Part shown: positions 13,823-26,936 of the stretch, piece after piece
How positions within the stretch are numbered: the stretch's first letter is position 1
How the letters are laid out: each line of letters begins with the position of its first letter
Notes under the pieces: generated by a model
The model's input: the letters and a program-made list of their open reading frames with translations, nothing else
Databases searched by the model: none
What the model was told of the DNA's origin: nothing
Source: Malacoraja senta
Lineage: Eukaryota
Direction: 5' to 3'
Assembly: GCA_038087875.1 (NCBI GenBank)
Contig: JAXLNO010000096.1
Location: 1-64,000 of the forward strand
DNA: 64,000 nucleotides
Made by a program: the position numbers and the translations under genes

Positions 13823-14164
13823 ATTTATATAGGGAGACATACACACTTTACCGCTCCAGCACAGATCACAGTGAACTTCACCTGGTTTGTTCTGGGATTT
13901 ATGGTGGTAGCTATTCCCGTGCTCAGTGGACCTGGACACCTCATCGCCTTGAACAACACAAAGTAATAGCATCTGCAAACCGTTCTCAGCCCATCAATGT
14001 CAATGGGACCGACTTCGGGAATCGACTGGTGACCTCAGGGAAACCCTTCGATGGCAAGGTTTTCAGTGTGAGGATTGTCCCCGTTTTGTTTCAAGATGCC
14101 GGAGTTTACACATGTTATCTGGAATCATATATATTTCCCACCATTGATCTAATCACAGTGTAAG
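13823..14164 (+). CDS. Gene A D3 exon, V-type Ig domain ending in premature TAA
   Basis: 342 nt. LHLVC..QWTW..DAGVYTC..IDLITV*. Confidence 0.8.
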
Positions 14165-14242
14165 GTAGGAGACAGAATGTTGCCACTGAGTTTACTGATG
14201 AACTTATTGTTTAAAATGTAAACAACCTGCTTGTTTCCACAG

Positions 14243-14503
14243 TCACAGCTGAACCGTCTGATGCAGTGACTGAGGGAGACAACGTTACCCTGACCTGCTC
14301 TGTGTCTCGCGTCATTGGGTCAATGAGACTGGTTTGGATCAATGGCGATGGCAAAAGTGTTGGAGAAAAGACACTGACCGGGAAAGACAAATCACTGAGT
14401 CTGGTTATTCAGAAAGCTGAGAGAGGCAGAGGGAACTGGAGATGTGGTTTGTTTCATCAAGACCTGCCCCGGCTTGTTGTCCCGTACTATCAGGAGCCCC
14501 GCG
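14243..14503 (+). pseudogene. Gene A D4 exon, C2-type (open but downstream of the stop)
   Basis: 261 nt. EGDNVTLTC..LVW..GNWRC. Confidence 0.75.
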
Positions 14504-15511
14504 GTAAGTGATAAGGGTTTGTTCTTCATACTTAGAGTCATGATTCAGTTTTGATGTCGCTTATTGATCCTGAAATTTGAGTGGAATATTTTCTTCCAGT
14601 TTGAGTGGTCCAACTCTGTTATGAATACCGAATTCTCAAATTTCAAATAACACTTCCCGAACCCCACTTCTCCCCCCCTTCATTGTGCACACATTTATCC
14701 CACCACCCAGTTATCCTATTCTCTTCCCTTCCTCTTTCAACTCATCTCCCACCCCTTCCAATTGCAGAGTTTTCCTTTTATGTTCTTGCTCCACTTCCAC
14801 CCATATCCCTCCCTCTGTTACTGATCTGACTGTAGATCAGTCAGTATTAGTTGACCTGATCTATGTCATGTTTTACTGCATGCCGCTGTGTACTCAAACA
14901 GTCATCATATTATCTAGTCTGTTAGTCCAGCCTCTAGTTAGATTCGTTGCTGAGCTTGAGTTTACAACACCTAAGTATTTGAGCGCTGTGTGTTTACTAT
15001 AACAAACAACTTCTTCTTATGTATGGATCCTGTTATTACACATGTTTATACTGACAACCTTTTGTCTCCATTTCACCCCTCCATTTTGTCATTATCTCCA
15101 TCCATCTACTCATCACCATTCTCCACCTGTATCCACCTATCACTCACCATGCTTTGTCTCATGCCTACTTCCCTTCCCCAGTTGTCACTCTCCCATTCCA
15201 TCAGTCTGAGAATGCATCCTGACATGAAACGTCATCAAATCATTCCCTCCACAGATGCTGCCTGACCCATTGAGTTTCTCCAACACTTTGCGTTTGATCA
15301 ACATTCCACAATCTGCAGTTTCTTGCGTCTCCATGGAGACCCACTGGTCAGCGTGGACAGATTGCTGCAGAGGGCCTGTTTCCATGCTGTTCCATGATGA
15401 TGAATTATAACGTACAACTTAGTAAAGATTAATTCTCTGCAATATTGCTAATGACAAGGTCAGTGAGAAATTATTGTCCAACATTTACACATTTGTTCTC
15501 TTCTCCTACAG

Positions 15512-15856
15512 GAAGTGGACATTCTATTTACTTTTTCCATCAGGAAGGCAACTTTGTATTGAAAGGACCAGACAGTCCTGGAAATGGCCCCATTGACTTG
15601 GAATGGAGTCCACACTCAGGGCAACAAACCACAAAGCGATTGGCCACTTTCCGCAGAGAAGATCAGCAATGGGCCGTACAATGGAGTGATGAGTACAATC
15701 AAATACCAGGCATCTCCCAGAGGATGCATGCGGACTGGGGTACCCTTAATCTGAGGATCAGGATGCCCACATTCAAACTTGCAGGACTGTTCAGCTGGAA
15801 TCAGACACAGCCCGCTGGGAAAATCCTGAGACAGTGGGAACTATTTGGGATCAAAG
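15512..15856 (+). pseudogene. Gene A D5 exon, second Cys-less V-like domain (paralog of D1)
   Basis: 345 nt and open. FVLKGPD..EWSPHSG..PTFKLAGLFSW..ELFGIK. Confidence 0.75.
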
Positions 15857-16661
15857 GTAATAGAGTCATAGTGTCACACAGCACTGAAACAGGCCCTTTG
15901 GCCCAATTCATCCATACTGACCAACTACCCATCTAAACATCCCGTTTGCCCTCATTTGGCCCTTATCCCTTTAACCTTTTTTCCCATATACCTGTTTAAA
16001 TGCCCTTTAAATACTGTACCTACATCAAACACTTCCTCTGCTCGATCTTTCCATAAAGTATGTTCATGTACCATACTCTTTGTCAAAAAACTGCCCCTAA
16101 TATTAAGGGGTATATCAAATCTGCCCCTCTCACCTTAAACATGTACTATCTAGTTTTTGATTCCCCAACCCTGGAAAAAAAGACCATGTGCGTTTACTAT
16201 AGATATGCCTCTCATGATTTTATTCACTCCCATATAATCTCTGTTAAAGACATCCAAGAAATATAATCAGTCTGAAGAAGGGTCTCAACCTGAAACGTCA
16301 CCTATCTATGTTCTCTAGAGTTCAAAGGTCTTTTATTGTCACGTGTACAAATTAAGGGGCAGTGATATTCATATTACCAGACATGCTGAATTACTCCTGC
16401 ACTTTATGTCCTTTTAAATATTTACCAGCATCTGCAGTTCTGTGTTTCTACTATACTTAAAACATCCCAACCTCGAAGTGTTGATGTGGGAGACGAGGGG
16501 GCGAGGGGGACAGGTGGGAACTACCAGGAAGTGTTGATGACATCACTGAGCACGGCAGCTCAACATTCAGCCGACTGTCTGCCTGCAGGAAAAAGACAAT
16601 TCTGCCCACAGTAGTTCAGAAAGCTGTTGGTGAACTGAACCACATGTGTCTGTTTCCACAG

Positions 16662-16930
16662 TTGAGGCAGACTCACCGAGGCCAGTGATGGGCTGTGACA
16701 TCACCCTCAGCTGTACCATCTCCAGACTCCCAGATACCATCAGTCTTCACTGGAAACCAAGAGGCTCGTCTCAGCAGAACAGAACAACACTGATCAGATC
16801 CGTCTGAATAACGCCGTCTATCTGATGATCCAACACATTGGAGCAGGAAATCCCAATCTATACACATGGGAAGTGCAGGAAAATACCTCCATTGTTCTCA
16901 CTGGAGACACCAATGTTGAAGTGGATCAGG
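16662..16930 (+). pseudogene. Gene A D6 exon, C2-type (paralog of D2), frameshifted
   Basis: 269 nt. One base is missing near 16782 relative to D2, and the F-strand Cys is replaced by Trp (LYTWEV). Confidence 0.75.
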
Positions 16931-17251
16931 GTGAGTCCAAAGCTGCCTTGCAGCAGGTATTAAATAGTTCTTGATATCAAACTTCCACATGTTGTATAGT
17001 GAGCACTGACTCCACCCGTGGGCTTCCACACTGCAGGATGTGGACATTGCCTTTACCCTGGGACATGGTGTAAATATAAAATGGTGGCACTAAGATTGAT
17101 GGAGCAACACAGGAGAACCAAGGGATTCATTTCAGTTCACCTGCATGAATCAAAGAGAATAATATCCAGTGATGGAAATAACATTTAGTTTTCAGTGTAT
17201 AACAGAACAGGAAAATATGACCTAATTCAAGTATAAATGCAGAGGAAATAT

Positions 17252-18470
17252 CAGAATCAGAATCAGAATCACATTTTATTGGCCACGTAATCATACACAA
17301 GGAATTTGACAGTGCTTTGCTCGCATGTGGTAAAAACACGATATACAACAGACAATTAAAAATAAAACATTATAATTTAAACATGTGAAAATAAAGTACC
17401 GGAGTAAAAAGAGGCTACCGACTTTTGGCTGTTGAGTAGAGCTACGGCTCGTGGGAAGAAGTTGTTTTTATGTCTGGCTGTGGCAGCTTTGATAGTCCGG
17501 ACTCACCTGCCAGAGGGAAGTGATTCAAAGTGTTTGTGGCCAGGGTGAGAGGGGTCAGAGATGATCTTGCCCGCTCGCTTCCTGGCCCTTGCAGTGTATC
17601 AATCAATGGAGGGAAGGTTGCAGCCAATAACCTTCCCAGCTGATCGGATGATTCGCTGCAGCCTCCAGGTATCGTGCTTGGTGGCTGAGTCAAACCAGAG
17701 CATGATGGAGAAGGTGGGGACAGACTCTATGATGGTACTGTAAAACTGGACCATCATTGCCTGTGGCAGCTTGTGTTTCCTCAGCTGCCGCAGGAAGTAC
17801 ATCCTCTGTTGGGACCTTTTGACTGTGGAGTCGATGGTGGCCCCCCCCATTTAAGGTCGCTGGAGATGATGATTCCGAAGAAATTAAATGACTCCACAGT
17901 TATGACTGTGGGTGTTGTTGAAGATGAGTAGGGGGAGGGGAGTGGGAGCTCTACAATCAGGAGTGGAGGATTGAGTCTACAATCAATTCCACTGTCTTAA
18001 GAGCACTGAGCTTCAGGTTGTTGCGATGTCAACAGGACACCAGCTTTACGATTAGGGTGACTTGGACATCTTGCTGAAGTAAGCATGCAGGTACAGCAGG
18101 CAATGGTGAAAGCAAATGGCATGTTGGCCTTCATAGCGAGATTATTTGAGTATAGGAGCAAAGAGATCCTACTGCAGTTGTACGGGGCCCTGGTGAGACC
18201 ACACTTGGAGTATTGTTTGCAGTTTTGGTCTCCTAGTTTGAGAAAGGACATTCTTGCTATCGAGGGAGTGCAGCATAGGTTCACCAGGTTAATTCCTGGA
18301 ATGGCGGACTGACATATGATGAAAGAATGGATCGACTGGGTTTATATTCACTGAAATTTAGGATGAGAGGGGATCTTATAGAAACGTATAAAATTATTAA
18401 GGGATTGGGCAGGCTAGATGCAGGAAAAATGTTCCCCATGTTGGGCGAGTCCAGAACCAGGGGTCCCAGC
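17252..18470. mobile_element. Rex1-type fragment (-, ~17252-18050) joined to a CR1 fragment (+, ~18050-18470)
   Basis: QQRMYFLRQLRK and LVRPHLEYCLQFWSP motifs. Confidence 0.75.
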
Positions 18471-18571
18471 TGACATCCCAGAGCCGGGGGTTTGTCCCTG
18501 TGGAAACTCACAACATTGTATCTCGGCGTGTGTGGAAATCTAATTCTTTGTTCCCTGTCCCTCTCTTGCAG

Positions 18572-18910
18572 ATTTACATAACAAGACGTACACAGTTTAC
18601 CGCTCAGTCACAGACCACAGTGAACTCGACCTGATTTGTGAAGCTTCTCCTGAGCTCAGTGAAACCAAATGGACTTGGAGATCACCACGTTTCCAGAATC
18701 AAGCGAAGGAAATAACTTCTTCTCACAAGTCTGAGCCGATACATGGCGACAGGAGCTACTTTGGGAATCGACTGGAAACCACAGAGGGAAATGTGAATGG
18801 CAAGAATTTCCATGTGAGGATTGTCCCCGTGCAGTTTGCAGATGCCGGAGTTTACACATGTTCCACAGGATCAAATATATATGTGACCATTGACCTAATC
18901 ACAGTTACAG
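18572..18910 (+). pseudogene. Gene A D7 exon, V-type (paralog of D3)
   Basis: 339 nt and open. LDLIC..KWTW..FGNRL..DAGVYTC. Missed by the ORF track. Confidence 0.75.
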
Positions 18911-19712
18911 GTAGGAGACTGGATGTTACTACTTTCAAGAATTAAGTTACTGGTGTAGAGTTTCTAATCTGAGTACAGACTGCAATGTCAGCAGAAATTC
19001 CCAAGTTTGAAGAATTATTTTACCTCCAGAGCTTCCTCTTCAACTTATTTGTATTTTGCTGAACCCAAAATCTGCCTTAAACCAACATTATTGGGAAGCA
19101 CATCAAATGTTATTTTCATTTATTTTGCTGCAAACACATTGTTTTATACATAAGAGAGGGAATATGATGAAATGTGATTCACAAAGGTGCAAATGAGCTT
19201 CTATCGAAAATATTTAAAAAATCATTCAACTTCTCTTAACACATTCCCCAAGTTTCTTTGACCCCAAACGACCCATCCTAATTTTTGAAGGCTCACTGGA
19301 GGCTTAAAACTGAGTGTATTTTGTGGAATTTATCGATTAATATTGACCTGGATGAGTGTTGTGGCCAAAACTGTGGCCAGAGACAATGATGTGGGCATTG
19401 GTTGCTCTTTGTATAATTAGTTCAAAACTGTTGTGAATGATTATGGAAAAGACACTTGGAGAGGTACATGGATGGGAAAGGTGGAGAGTGATATGGGCCA
19501 AATGTGGGAACATATTTTAGATGGAGCATCTTGGTCGGCATGGATGAGTTGGGCTGAATGGACCGAATTGTTTCATGCTGTATGACTATGTCTCTAACTC
19601 TTGTTGTGTAATATAATTTTCACACTTAGAACGCCAGATACTGGTGTCAAAGTACTGAGAAAAACACAATCCAGACAAAATTCATTGTTTTACGATTTTC
19701 TTCTTTCCACAG

Positions 19713-19981
19713 TCACAACTGAACCATCTAGCGCAGTGACTGAGGGGGGAAACGTTACCCTGACCTGCTCTGTGCCTCATGTCACTGAGTCAATAAGACT
19801 GGTTTGGATCAATGATGAAGGCAAAGTTGTAGAGGAGAAAACCTCATGCAAACAAAGCAGGAGGACAATTCTTTGCAGCTGATTATTGCAATAGCTGATG
19901 GAGTAAGAAGGAAATGGACATGTGGTTTGTTTCATCAAAGCACAGCCAAGGTTTCCATTCCATATAATCTGCAGGTGAACA
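19713..19981 (+). pseudogene. Gene A D8 exon, C2-type (paralog of D4), frameshifted
   Basis: 269 nt. VTLTC..LVW lies in one frame and KWTCGLFHQ in another (ORFs 19601 and 19846). Confidence 0.75.
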
Positions 19982-20597
19982 GTAAGTTTCTTAGCTTCTG
20001 CTCTTCATTATCTCGACACAGAGTTCTTGTCACGTTGCTATTCTTTTTGGATAACTTTTAACATTTCATGTCTTACTGCAAGTAGAGCTCAATCATAGAC
20101 ATTTCCTTCAAACCTCTTGTCCATGCCTATAAGGTCACTTCTATTGTAAGTAGTCCAGGTCTCTGAAGCACATGGGAGCACATGGATCACTACTGCTGGC
20201 AGACCACTGACCAAGACCTGTGTTGGCCATCTCATTGAAGGTGATCGGGAATTTCATCATCAATGTCTGTCCTTGTTGATAAGTGTCTCCACAGGTATGA
20301 AAACTGGTCCACTAGTATGAAATCCAGTGTGTCACTGTGAACCTTTTTGTCAGAAGTCAGTATAGTAAGGTGGGCAGCTTGGTGGAAGATCTTTGCCATA
20401 ACACCCAAACTGTGCCCCTTAAAGATCACAAAAGTAGTGAAAATCATCTTAAAAATAGTTGTACAAGTTTCTTTCCCCTGTTCTGATGCTGTAAAACATT
20501 ACAGCGGTTGAAGCATCCACAGTAACTTCACCAAAGGCTGCCATGTGAGAACAGAAGATGTGGGGGAGGGAATACTGATGTCTTCACCTTGTCTGAC

Positions 20598-20872
20598 CAT
20601 GGTGGCACAGTGGTAGGGTTGCTGCCTTACAGCGCCAGGGACCCGGGTTCAATCCTGACTACAGGTGCTGTCTGTATGGAGTTTGTACCTTCATCCCGTG
20701 TCCTGTGTGGGTTTTCTCCAGGATTTCCGGTCTGTAGGTTAATAGGCTTGGTTTAATTGTATGTTGTCCGTGGTGTGTGTAGGATAGTGTTAGTCTGTGG
20801 GAATCGCTGGTTGGTTCGGACTCGGCGAGCCGAAGGGCCTGTTTCCGTGCTGTATCTCTAAACTAAACTAAA
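20598..20872 (+). mobile_element. tRNA-derived HE1-like SINE
   Basis: A/B-box-like head (ggcacagtgg..ccgggttcaatcc) and a (TAAAC)n tail. Confidence 0.7.
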
Positions 20873-21631
20873 CACACCCTTTCCTCCCAATCCCACCCAT
20901 CCGTTAATCCCTGCCCTTCATGTGGCCCCAAGCCTCGGTGAAAGACATTTTGTACAATGCTGACATAAGGCAAAGCACTGATCCCGAACAGAGGAAGATC
21001 CTGTAAACACCCAGGCACAAAGAAACAATCTCCACCACACATAGATCAATGAAGAGTCAGTGAAGTACAAAGTGGAAAGTATAAAGTCCCAACAGGAACA
21101 CTTTAATTCCTCACATATAATTACATCATCCAATCATAGAATTGTGGAAAGGTTGTAGCACAGAAGGTGGCCATTTGACCCATCATATCCATGCTAACTC
21201 TCATCCAGTGCCACTCGCTAATTCTACCCCCTCTCCTTTTGCCATCACATTGCAGCTTTTTCATCACTATATATTTGTCCAATTCTCTCTGGAAAGCCAC
21301 GATAGAACCCAGCTCCCCAACTGATGCAGACATTACACTTCAGACTCCAACTACCTGCTGCCTAAAAAGATTTTCCACAAGTCATTCTAACATGTTTTCC
21401 CTTTATTTTAAACCTATAACTTTTTGTGCTCAGCCTTTCCACTGAAGGGAGCATCCTTCCACAATCCATTCTGTTCAGACTGAATAAATGATGCATAAAT
21501 GAACAATGATACCATTGATGTGATGAAAGAGCATTATTGACTCTTGTCTTCAAACTCTCTCTTCAGTGTGCCATGGTAATAACTGGACAGAGAACAGCCA
21601 TAAAAAGAATCTCAATTATACCAACCATGTT

Positions 21632-21952
21632 TACTGTTTAGTTTAGTTTAGAGATACAGCGCGGAAACAGGCCCTTCGGCCCACCAGGTCCACCCCAACC
21701 AGCGACCCCCGCATATTAACACTATCCTATACACACTAGGGACAATTTTTACATTTACCAAGCCAATTAACCTACAAACCTGTACGTGTTTGGAGTGTGG
21801 AAGGAAACCGAGGATCTCGGAGAAAACCCATGCAGGTCCCGGGGAGAAAGTACAAACTCCGTACAGACAGCACCCGTAGTCGGGATCGAACCCGGGTCTC
21901 CGGCGCTGCATTCGCTGTAAGGCAGCAACTCTACCGCTGCGCCACCGTGCCG
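21632..21952 (-). mobile_element. tRNA-derived HE1-like SINE, well preserved
   Basis: Head ggcacggtggcgcagcggtagag...ccgggttcgatccc and a (TAAAC)n tail. Confidence 0.8.
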
Positions 21953-22764
21953 CATTCATTGTGTCATCTCTTTGTGACATGTTTACAGTTTGACTTGCCG
22001 ATTCAACTGCTTCAATGCACCATCTGATGTGATTATTTGACTGAACACAGCAACCTGCTCCCTGATGGTCACTGTGTGCTATAGGTTGGTGTTATTAATC
22101 CTTACTCCTGGCGAGCAGCAGTCTCCCCCTGGGAGAGGACAACAGGGTTCTGACTACAGTCGGCTGAGAGTTCACTGAGGAATGAAGACTTTGGTTGTCC
22201 TCTGCCTGTGCCTCAGTGCCAGTAAAATCCTGCTCCGTCAGCCGTTGCACCAAGGGAGAGGCCACCCCCATCCACACCCACTCCTACTGTGGTGTTCCCA
22301 CCTCCCAGATAGGAAATCTGTGCTCCCGGCTGAGCAGAAGCCTCCCCATGTACGCTCATCTAGCACAGTCTCACTATGGAACTTTATTTTCCAAGGGTCG
22401 CGCACACCAGCCTCTCCATCCTTTGGCCTCATTGCAGACTGGTGCTTTTGGGTGTTGAGCTGTCCATAAAGGGCAGGAGATATCAATCAGTGAGTGAATA
22501 GATTAGTTGGTGTGTGGAATTAATGCATGGATCAACCATCTCCAATTTTACACTAAAAACACATGAAGATGTGCTCATTAGGATTGCAATAATAATGTGT
22601 TCAACCTCATTGACATCAGTAGGCAATGGTTACATGCACAGTACAGTCTTAGTACTTGAAGACCAAAACTAATTTTAGGAGTTGAAAATCGGAATGAAAA
22701 CTAATAATAATAATCAGCAGGACAGATAGGAACTGTGAAAGAGGAACAACTGTGAAAGAGGAAC

Positions 22765-23540
22765 AAAACCAAGGAACTGATTGTGGACTTTGGAAGGGGT
22801 AGGATGTGGACCCACAGTCCCGTTTATATCAACGGGTTGATGGTCGAAAGGGTCAAGAGCTTCAAATTCCTGGGCGTGCACATCTCTGAAGATCTCTCCT
22901 GGTCCGAGAACACTGATGCTATTATAATGTAAGCACATCAGCGCCTCTATTTCCTGAGAAGATTACGGAGAGTCGGTATGTCAAGGAGGACTCTCTCTTA
23001 CTTCTAAACGTGCAGAGTAGAGAGCATGCTGACCGGTTGCATCGTGGCTTGGTTCGGCAACTTGAGTGCCCAGGAGCGAAAAAGACTACAAAAAGTTGTG
23101 ACCACTGCCCAGTCCATCATCGGCTGTGACCTCCCTTCCATCGAGGGGATCTACCACAGTCGCTGCCTCAAAAAGGCTGGCAGTATCATCAAGGACCCAC
23201 ACCATCCTGGCCACACACTCATCTCCCCGCTACCTTCAGGTAGAAGGTACAGGAGCCTGAAGACTGCAACGTCCAGATTCAGGAATAGCTACTTCCCCAC
23301 AGTCATCAGGCTATGAAACTCAACTCAAACAAAACTCTGAACATTAATAGTCCATTATCAGTTTATTTGCACTTTATCTGTTTTATTTATTCATGTGTGT
23401 ATGTATTTATACAATGGTATATGGACACACTGATCTGTTCTGTATTCATGCCTACTATATTCTGTTGTGCTGAAGCAAAGCAAGAATTTCATTGTCCTAA
23501 CTGGGACACATGACAATAAACTCTCTTGAATCTTGAATCT
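22765..23540 (+). mobile_element. Rex1-type LINE 3' fragment
   Basis: ORF 23026-23316 ([18 protein letters not shown]) and a (TCTTGAA)n tail. Confidence 0.75.
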
Positions 23541-24381
23541 TGAGTCCAGCCATGATCGCATTAAATGGCGGTGCTGGATCGAGGGGCTGAATGGCCTACT
23601 CCTGCATCTATTGTCAATTGTCAAAGATCCTTTCTTTGAATCTGACAACGTTTTTTTCATCATAAAACATGAACTCACTTCTTTCCCTTTCCACGGATAC
23701 TGCTTAAACGGCTGAGTATTTCTAACGTTTACAGTTCTTGTGCGCCTGGTTAGAGAGGATTGAAGCTGGAGGGCAATATCCACTCTGTTGTCAGCAATGC
23801 TCATTCAACCATTGTTCCAGGCTTAGACTATGATAGACATTTGTCCACTGTACAGTGGGAAGTATCACAGCTGAATCAGCTACTTTATCAACCAGCCATC
23901 AGCTTCCCTCTCCTGCCTGAGAAATGTCAGCTGATTGTAACCAAGAAATAGAAACTTGTGTGAATGTTTACAGTCTCTAACTGATGGCTACTGAGGCAAG
24001 TTGTGGCTCTCTAATCTTTCTGAGTAAGGTCAATTAATCTAGAAAAAAAGACACAATGTGCTGGAGTAACTCAACGGGTCAGGCGGAATCTCTGGAGAAC
24101 ATGGATAGGTGAGGTTTTGGATCTTGACCCTACTTCAGACTAAAGGGCTGCGACCTGAAATGTCACCTGCCTAACCTGCTGAGTTTCTCCAACACTTTGT
24201 GTCTTTTATTGGTAAACTCTCATCTGCAGTACCTTGTGTCTCAGTGAATCTGGATCACAAGTTAAACTCAAGACTTCTGATCTAAATTAGTCAGTGTGGT
24301 TAATGCCTGGTCTTTGGGGGAGCTTTTGAATGATGTCCATTTATTCTACAAATGTGAACTCTGTGTTTATTATTTTGACAG

Positions 24382-24489
24382 GGAATTATACTTTTATAAT
24401 CAGATTTGTTGTAATTATCGGAGGTCTGGCTGTTCTCATCGTCATTATACTGTCAGTGGTGTGGTGTCAAAGAAAGCGCAAGCCTACAG
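24382..24489 (+). pseudogene. Gene A transmembrane exon with Arg (AGA 24402-24404)
   Basis: 108 nt. [35 protein letters not shown]. Confidence 0.8.
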
Positions 24490-26450
24490 GTAAAGTACAT
24501 GAAGACATCCTTAATGCAGCACAGATTCCCCAAATTATCAATGACAATGTTATCTCTGATACAAAGAGAAAAGAACAATATGTTTTGGATAAGAAAAGTA
24601 TCTGTTTGTGCTTATGTTGTTGAGTAATTGATTTCAGACTTTTTGTGGTCAATTAAAGCATTATTTATGCAATGTGGATTGTCCTGTCTACCTGCGTTGC
24701 CAGGAGGAGTCTGCTGTATGATTTCAGGTGCTGTTCTGCAATGATCTGACCACGTGGTGATTGTGTCACCATCCCCTGTGTAAACCATTATCAAATAAAC
24801 ATGCCAGAAGTTGAAGTATAGCTAGTGTAGTCATGTAGAAAATATGGTCTCCAATTTGCCCTCAATATGTTCCTATTTACTGGGGGATAAATATTGGCCA
24901 GGAAACCAGGAGACCAAGGCATCTCCACTGCACTTTGGTGATTCACGTTCCAAAATCTATTGTGTCCCAAGAGGCCAGAAGGGGCCTCAGTTTAACAAAT
25001 AATCTTTAATCTGGTGAGGCCAATGCTGCAGCAATCCCATATGGCAACAGAGTGTTAGGCTCAACTGTGTGTTCAAATTTGGGGTTGTGCCTGAGGGTTT
25101 ATTCTGTGTTGTTGAACAAACTGATCAGACGGGTATCGGGCTAGTACAACAGTTCATCAAGGTCACTGACACATGGAATAGTCAGTTCTTAAAGCTTCCC
25201 CTATATTTATATAAATCAACATTATTTTCCATTAAAAAATAAACCATTCCATTAACTGATCATTAGAAAAATAAAATTACACATTGAATATATTAACTGT
25301 ATGTACATTTATAAATTCAGTTGCTCCTTTACATGTCATCTTGACTTGTGAAAACTCTGCAGTGCAAAGATGCATTTGACCATGCTCCAGATATTTTCAA
25401 CTCTGCTAGATACCTCCACATGTTGGCCTTACCTCATTCATGGTCTCCTGTGACCTTCCCACCCATGTTCTGTCCAGCAATGGCTCTATCGTGGAATCCA
25501 TACCGTAACTCAAATCCATGCTCATCCTGTGCCTCATATTCTCCATCACCATCTTCTTGGGCATCCTGTCCATGTAACACATGATCTATCCATGTAATTT
25601 GACTTCTGTCACTCATTCCCATCATTGCACCACCATTTTATTCACAATATTTTTCCTGAACTGAATCCAAATTCTCGGATTATCAAATAGGATTTAAACC
25701 TGTGCTTCTGGACTATTAATCTCAAAGAGTCTTGGATTAATATCCAATTAACCTATGACAATCCAAAAGTACATCAAAATAAGCAAACTAAATAATGTAC
25801 CCATTAACAGGAGTCAGCACAACACATTTGAAAGTAAGTTGGAGAGAAACACATCACCAATTCTGAATCTGGTAATGTTGGGAAAAATTAATTACATATT
25901 GTGTTTATCATATTTGTGGAAAACGGAGTTAATGGAATCTCTATTGTGTTTTGTTCAATGTGTGAAATTAAATTGTATGTAAAATCATGAGGGGAATAGA
26001 TAGAGTGAGTGTGCAGAGTCTTTGACCCAGTATAGAGTAATCAAAAACTAGAAGGCAAATGTTTAAGTTGAGAGGAACCTGAGTGGCAGCTTTTTCACGT
26101 TGGTTAGGGATCGACTACGGGAGCTCCAAGCCGCAGGAGCTTCGACCGCCCTGACCTGGGGGCTTCAATCGTCAGCTGTGGGAGCTTCTATCACCCCGAC
26201 TGCGAATGGTTCGACTGCCCCGATCGCGGGCGAATAAAGAGTGAAGGAGATTAGACTTTATTGCCTTCCGTCACAGTGAGGAATGTGGGGAATCCACTGT
26301 GGTGGATGTTTATATTAACTTTTCTGTAGTTATGTGTCTTGTTGCTTTTTCTAGTATGACTATGATAAATTGAGTTTAATTGTACCTTAATTGGTGCACA
26401 TGACAATAAAATACATTTGAAGCTTTGGAGAAGAAACGTTAAGGACATGG

Positions 26451-26677
26451 TGTAGCGGAAACTGCTGGCGCACGCAGATATCGAACCCGGCGTTGGGAAG
26501 CCACGGTCACGTGACTCGGGAGGGGCTGCTGTTTTCGTGCGGTTTCGTTTTAGCGCCACAGTTGTTTTGCTGACCACCGTTGTGATCAGACGTGTATGCA
26601 GAGACCTGTTTGCTAAGGAGCGAGTGTTCAATAAAAACCGTTCAGAAAACATAGTCGTCGTTTCTGCATCCGCTAAA
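26451..26677 (+). mobile_element. Solo LTR (227 bp, Gypsy-like)
   Basis: Inverted termini TGTAGCGG...CCGCTAAA, internal AATAAA, 4-bp TSD ATGG at 26447-26450 and 26678-26681. Confidence 0.65.
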
Positions 26678-26836
26678 ATGGGTCAATTGCAGGCACATGG
26701 GTCTAGCTTGGATGGGGCAACTTGGATGGTATAGACTAGTTGAGCCAAAGGACATGGTTCTGTGCTGTATGACTCTATGACTCTATGACTTTATAAAAGG
26801 TGAAAACAATTTAAATTGTGCCCTCTCTCTAAACAG

Positions 26837-26935
26837 GTTTGGGCAATCAAAGACAGACAGCTCCACCATCAAAAAGAAACACAGAAAGTGAATCTCAACT
26901 TTAAGGCAACCTTGAAGAAATTCAGCAGAAGGCAG
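26837..26935 (+). pseudogene. Gene A cytoplasmic exon with in-frame TAA, abutting the BEL LTR
   Basis: ctctctaaacag acceptor, 99 nt, phase 1/1. GLGNQRQTAPPSKRNTESESQL*GNLEEIQQKA. Confidence 0.55.
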
Positions 26936-26936
26936 G

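Larger units (their letters stand above)
5663..26935 (+). pseudogene. Gene A: 8-Ig-domain paralog of gene B, disrupted after domain 3. Exons 5663-5750, 10123-10461, 12498-12767, 13823-14164, 14243-14503, 15512-15856, 16662-16930, 18572-18910, 19713-19981, 24382-24489, 26837-26935
   Basis: Leader, D1-D4 and TM exons are homologous to gene B. TAA at 14161-14163 where B has AAA. 1-nt deletions in D6 and D8 (both 269 nt). TAA at 26902-26904. Could still encode a 345-aa secreted form or exon-skipped forms. Confidence 0.75.

Noticed and set aside
14154..14200. CACAGTG heptamer at the end of the V-type D3 exon (possible recombination signal)
   Set aside because: No ACAAAAACC nonamer at 12 or 23 nt. 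The heptamer is coding sequence (ITV), and the domain already includes its G strand.
21632..21952. tRNA gene
   Set aside because: The tRNA-like head belongs to a multicopy SINE with a LINE-derived tail.
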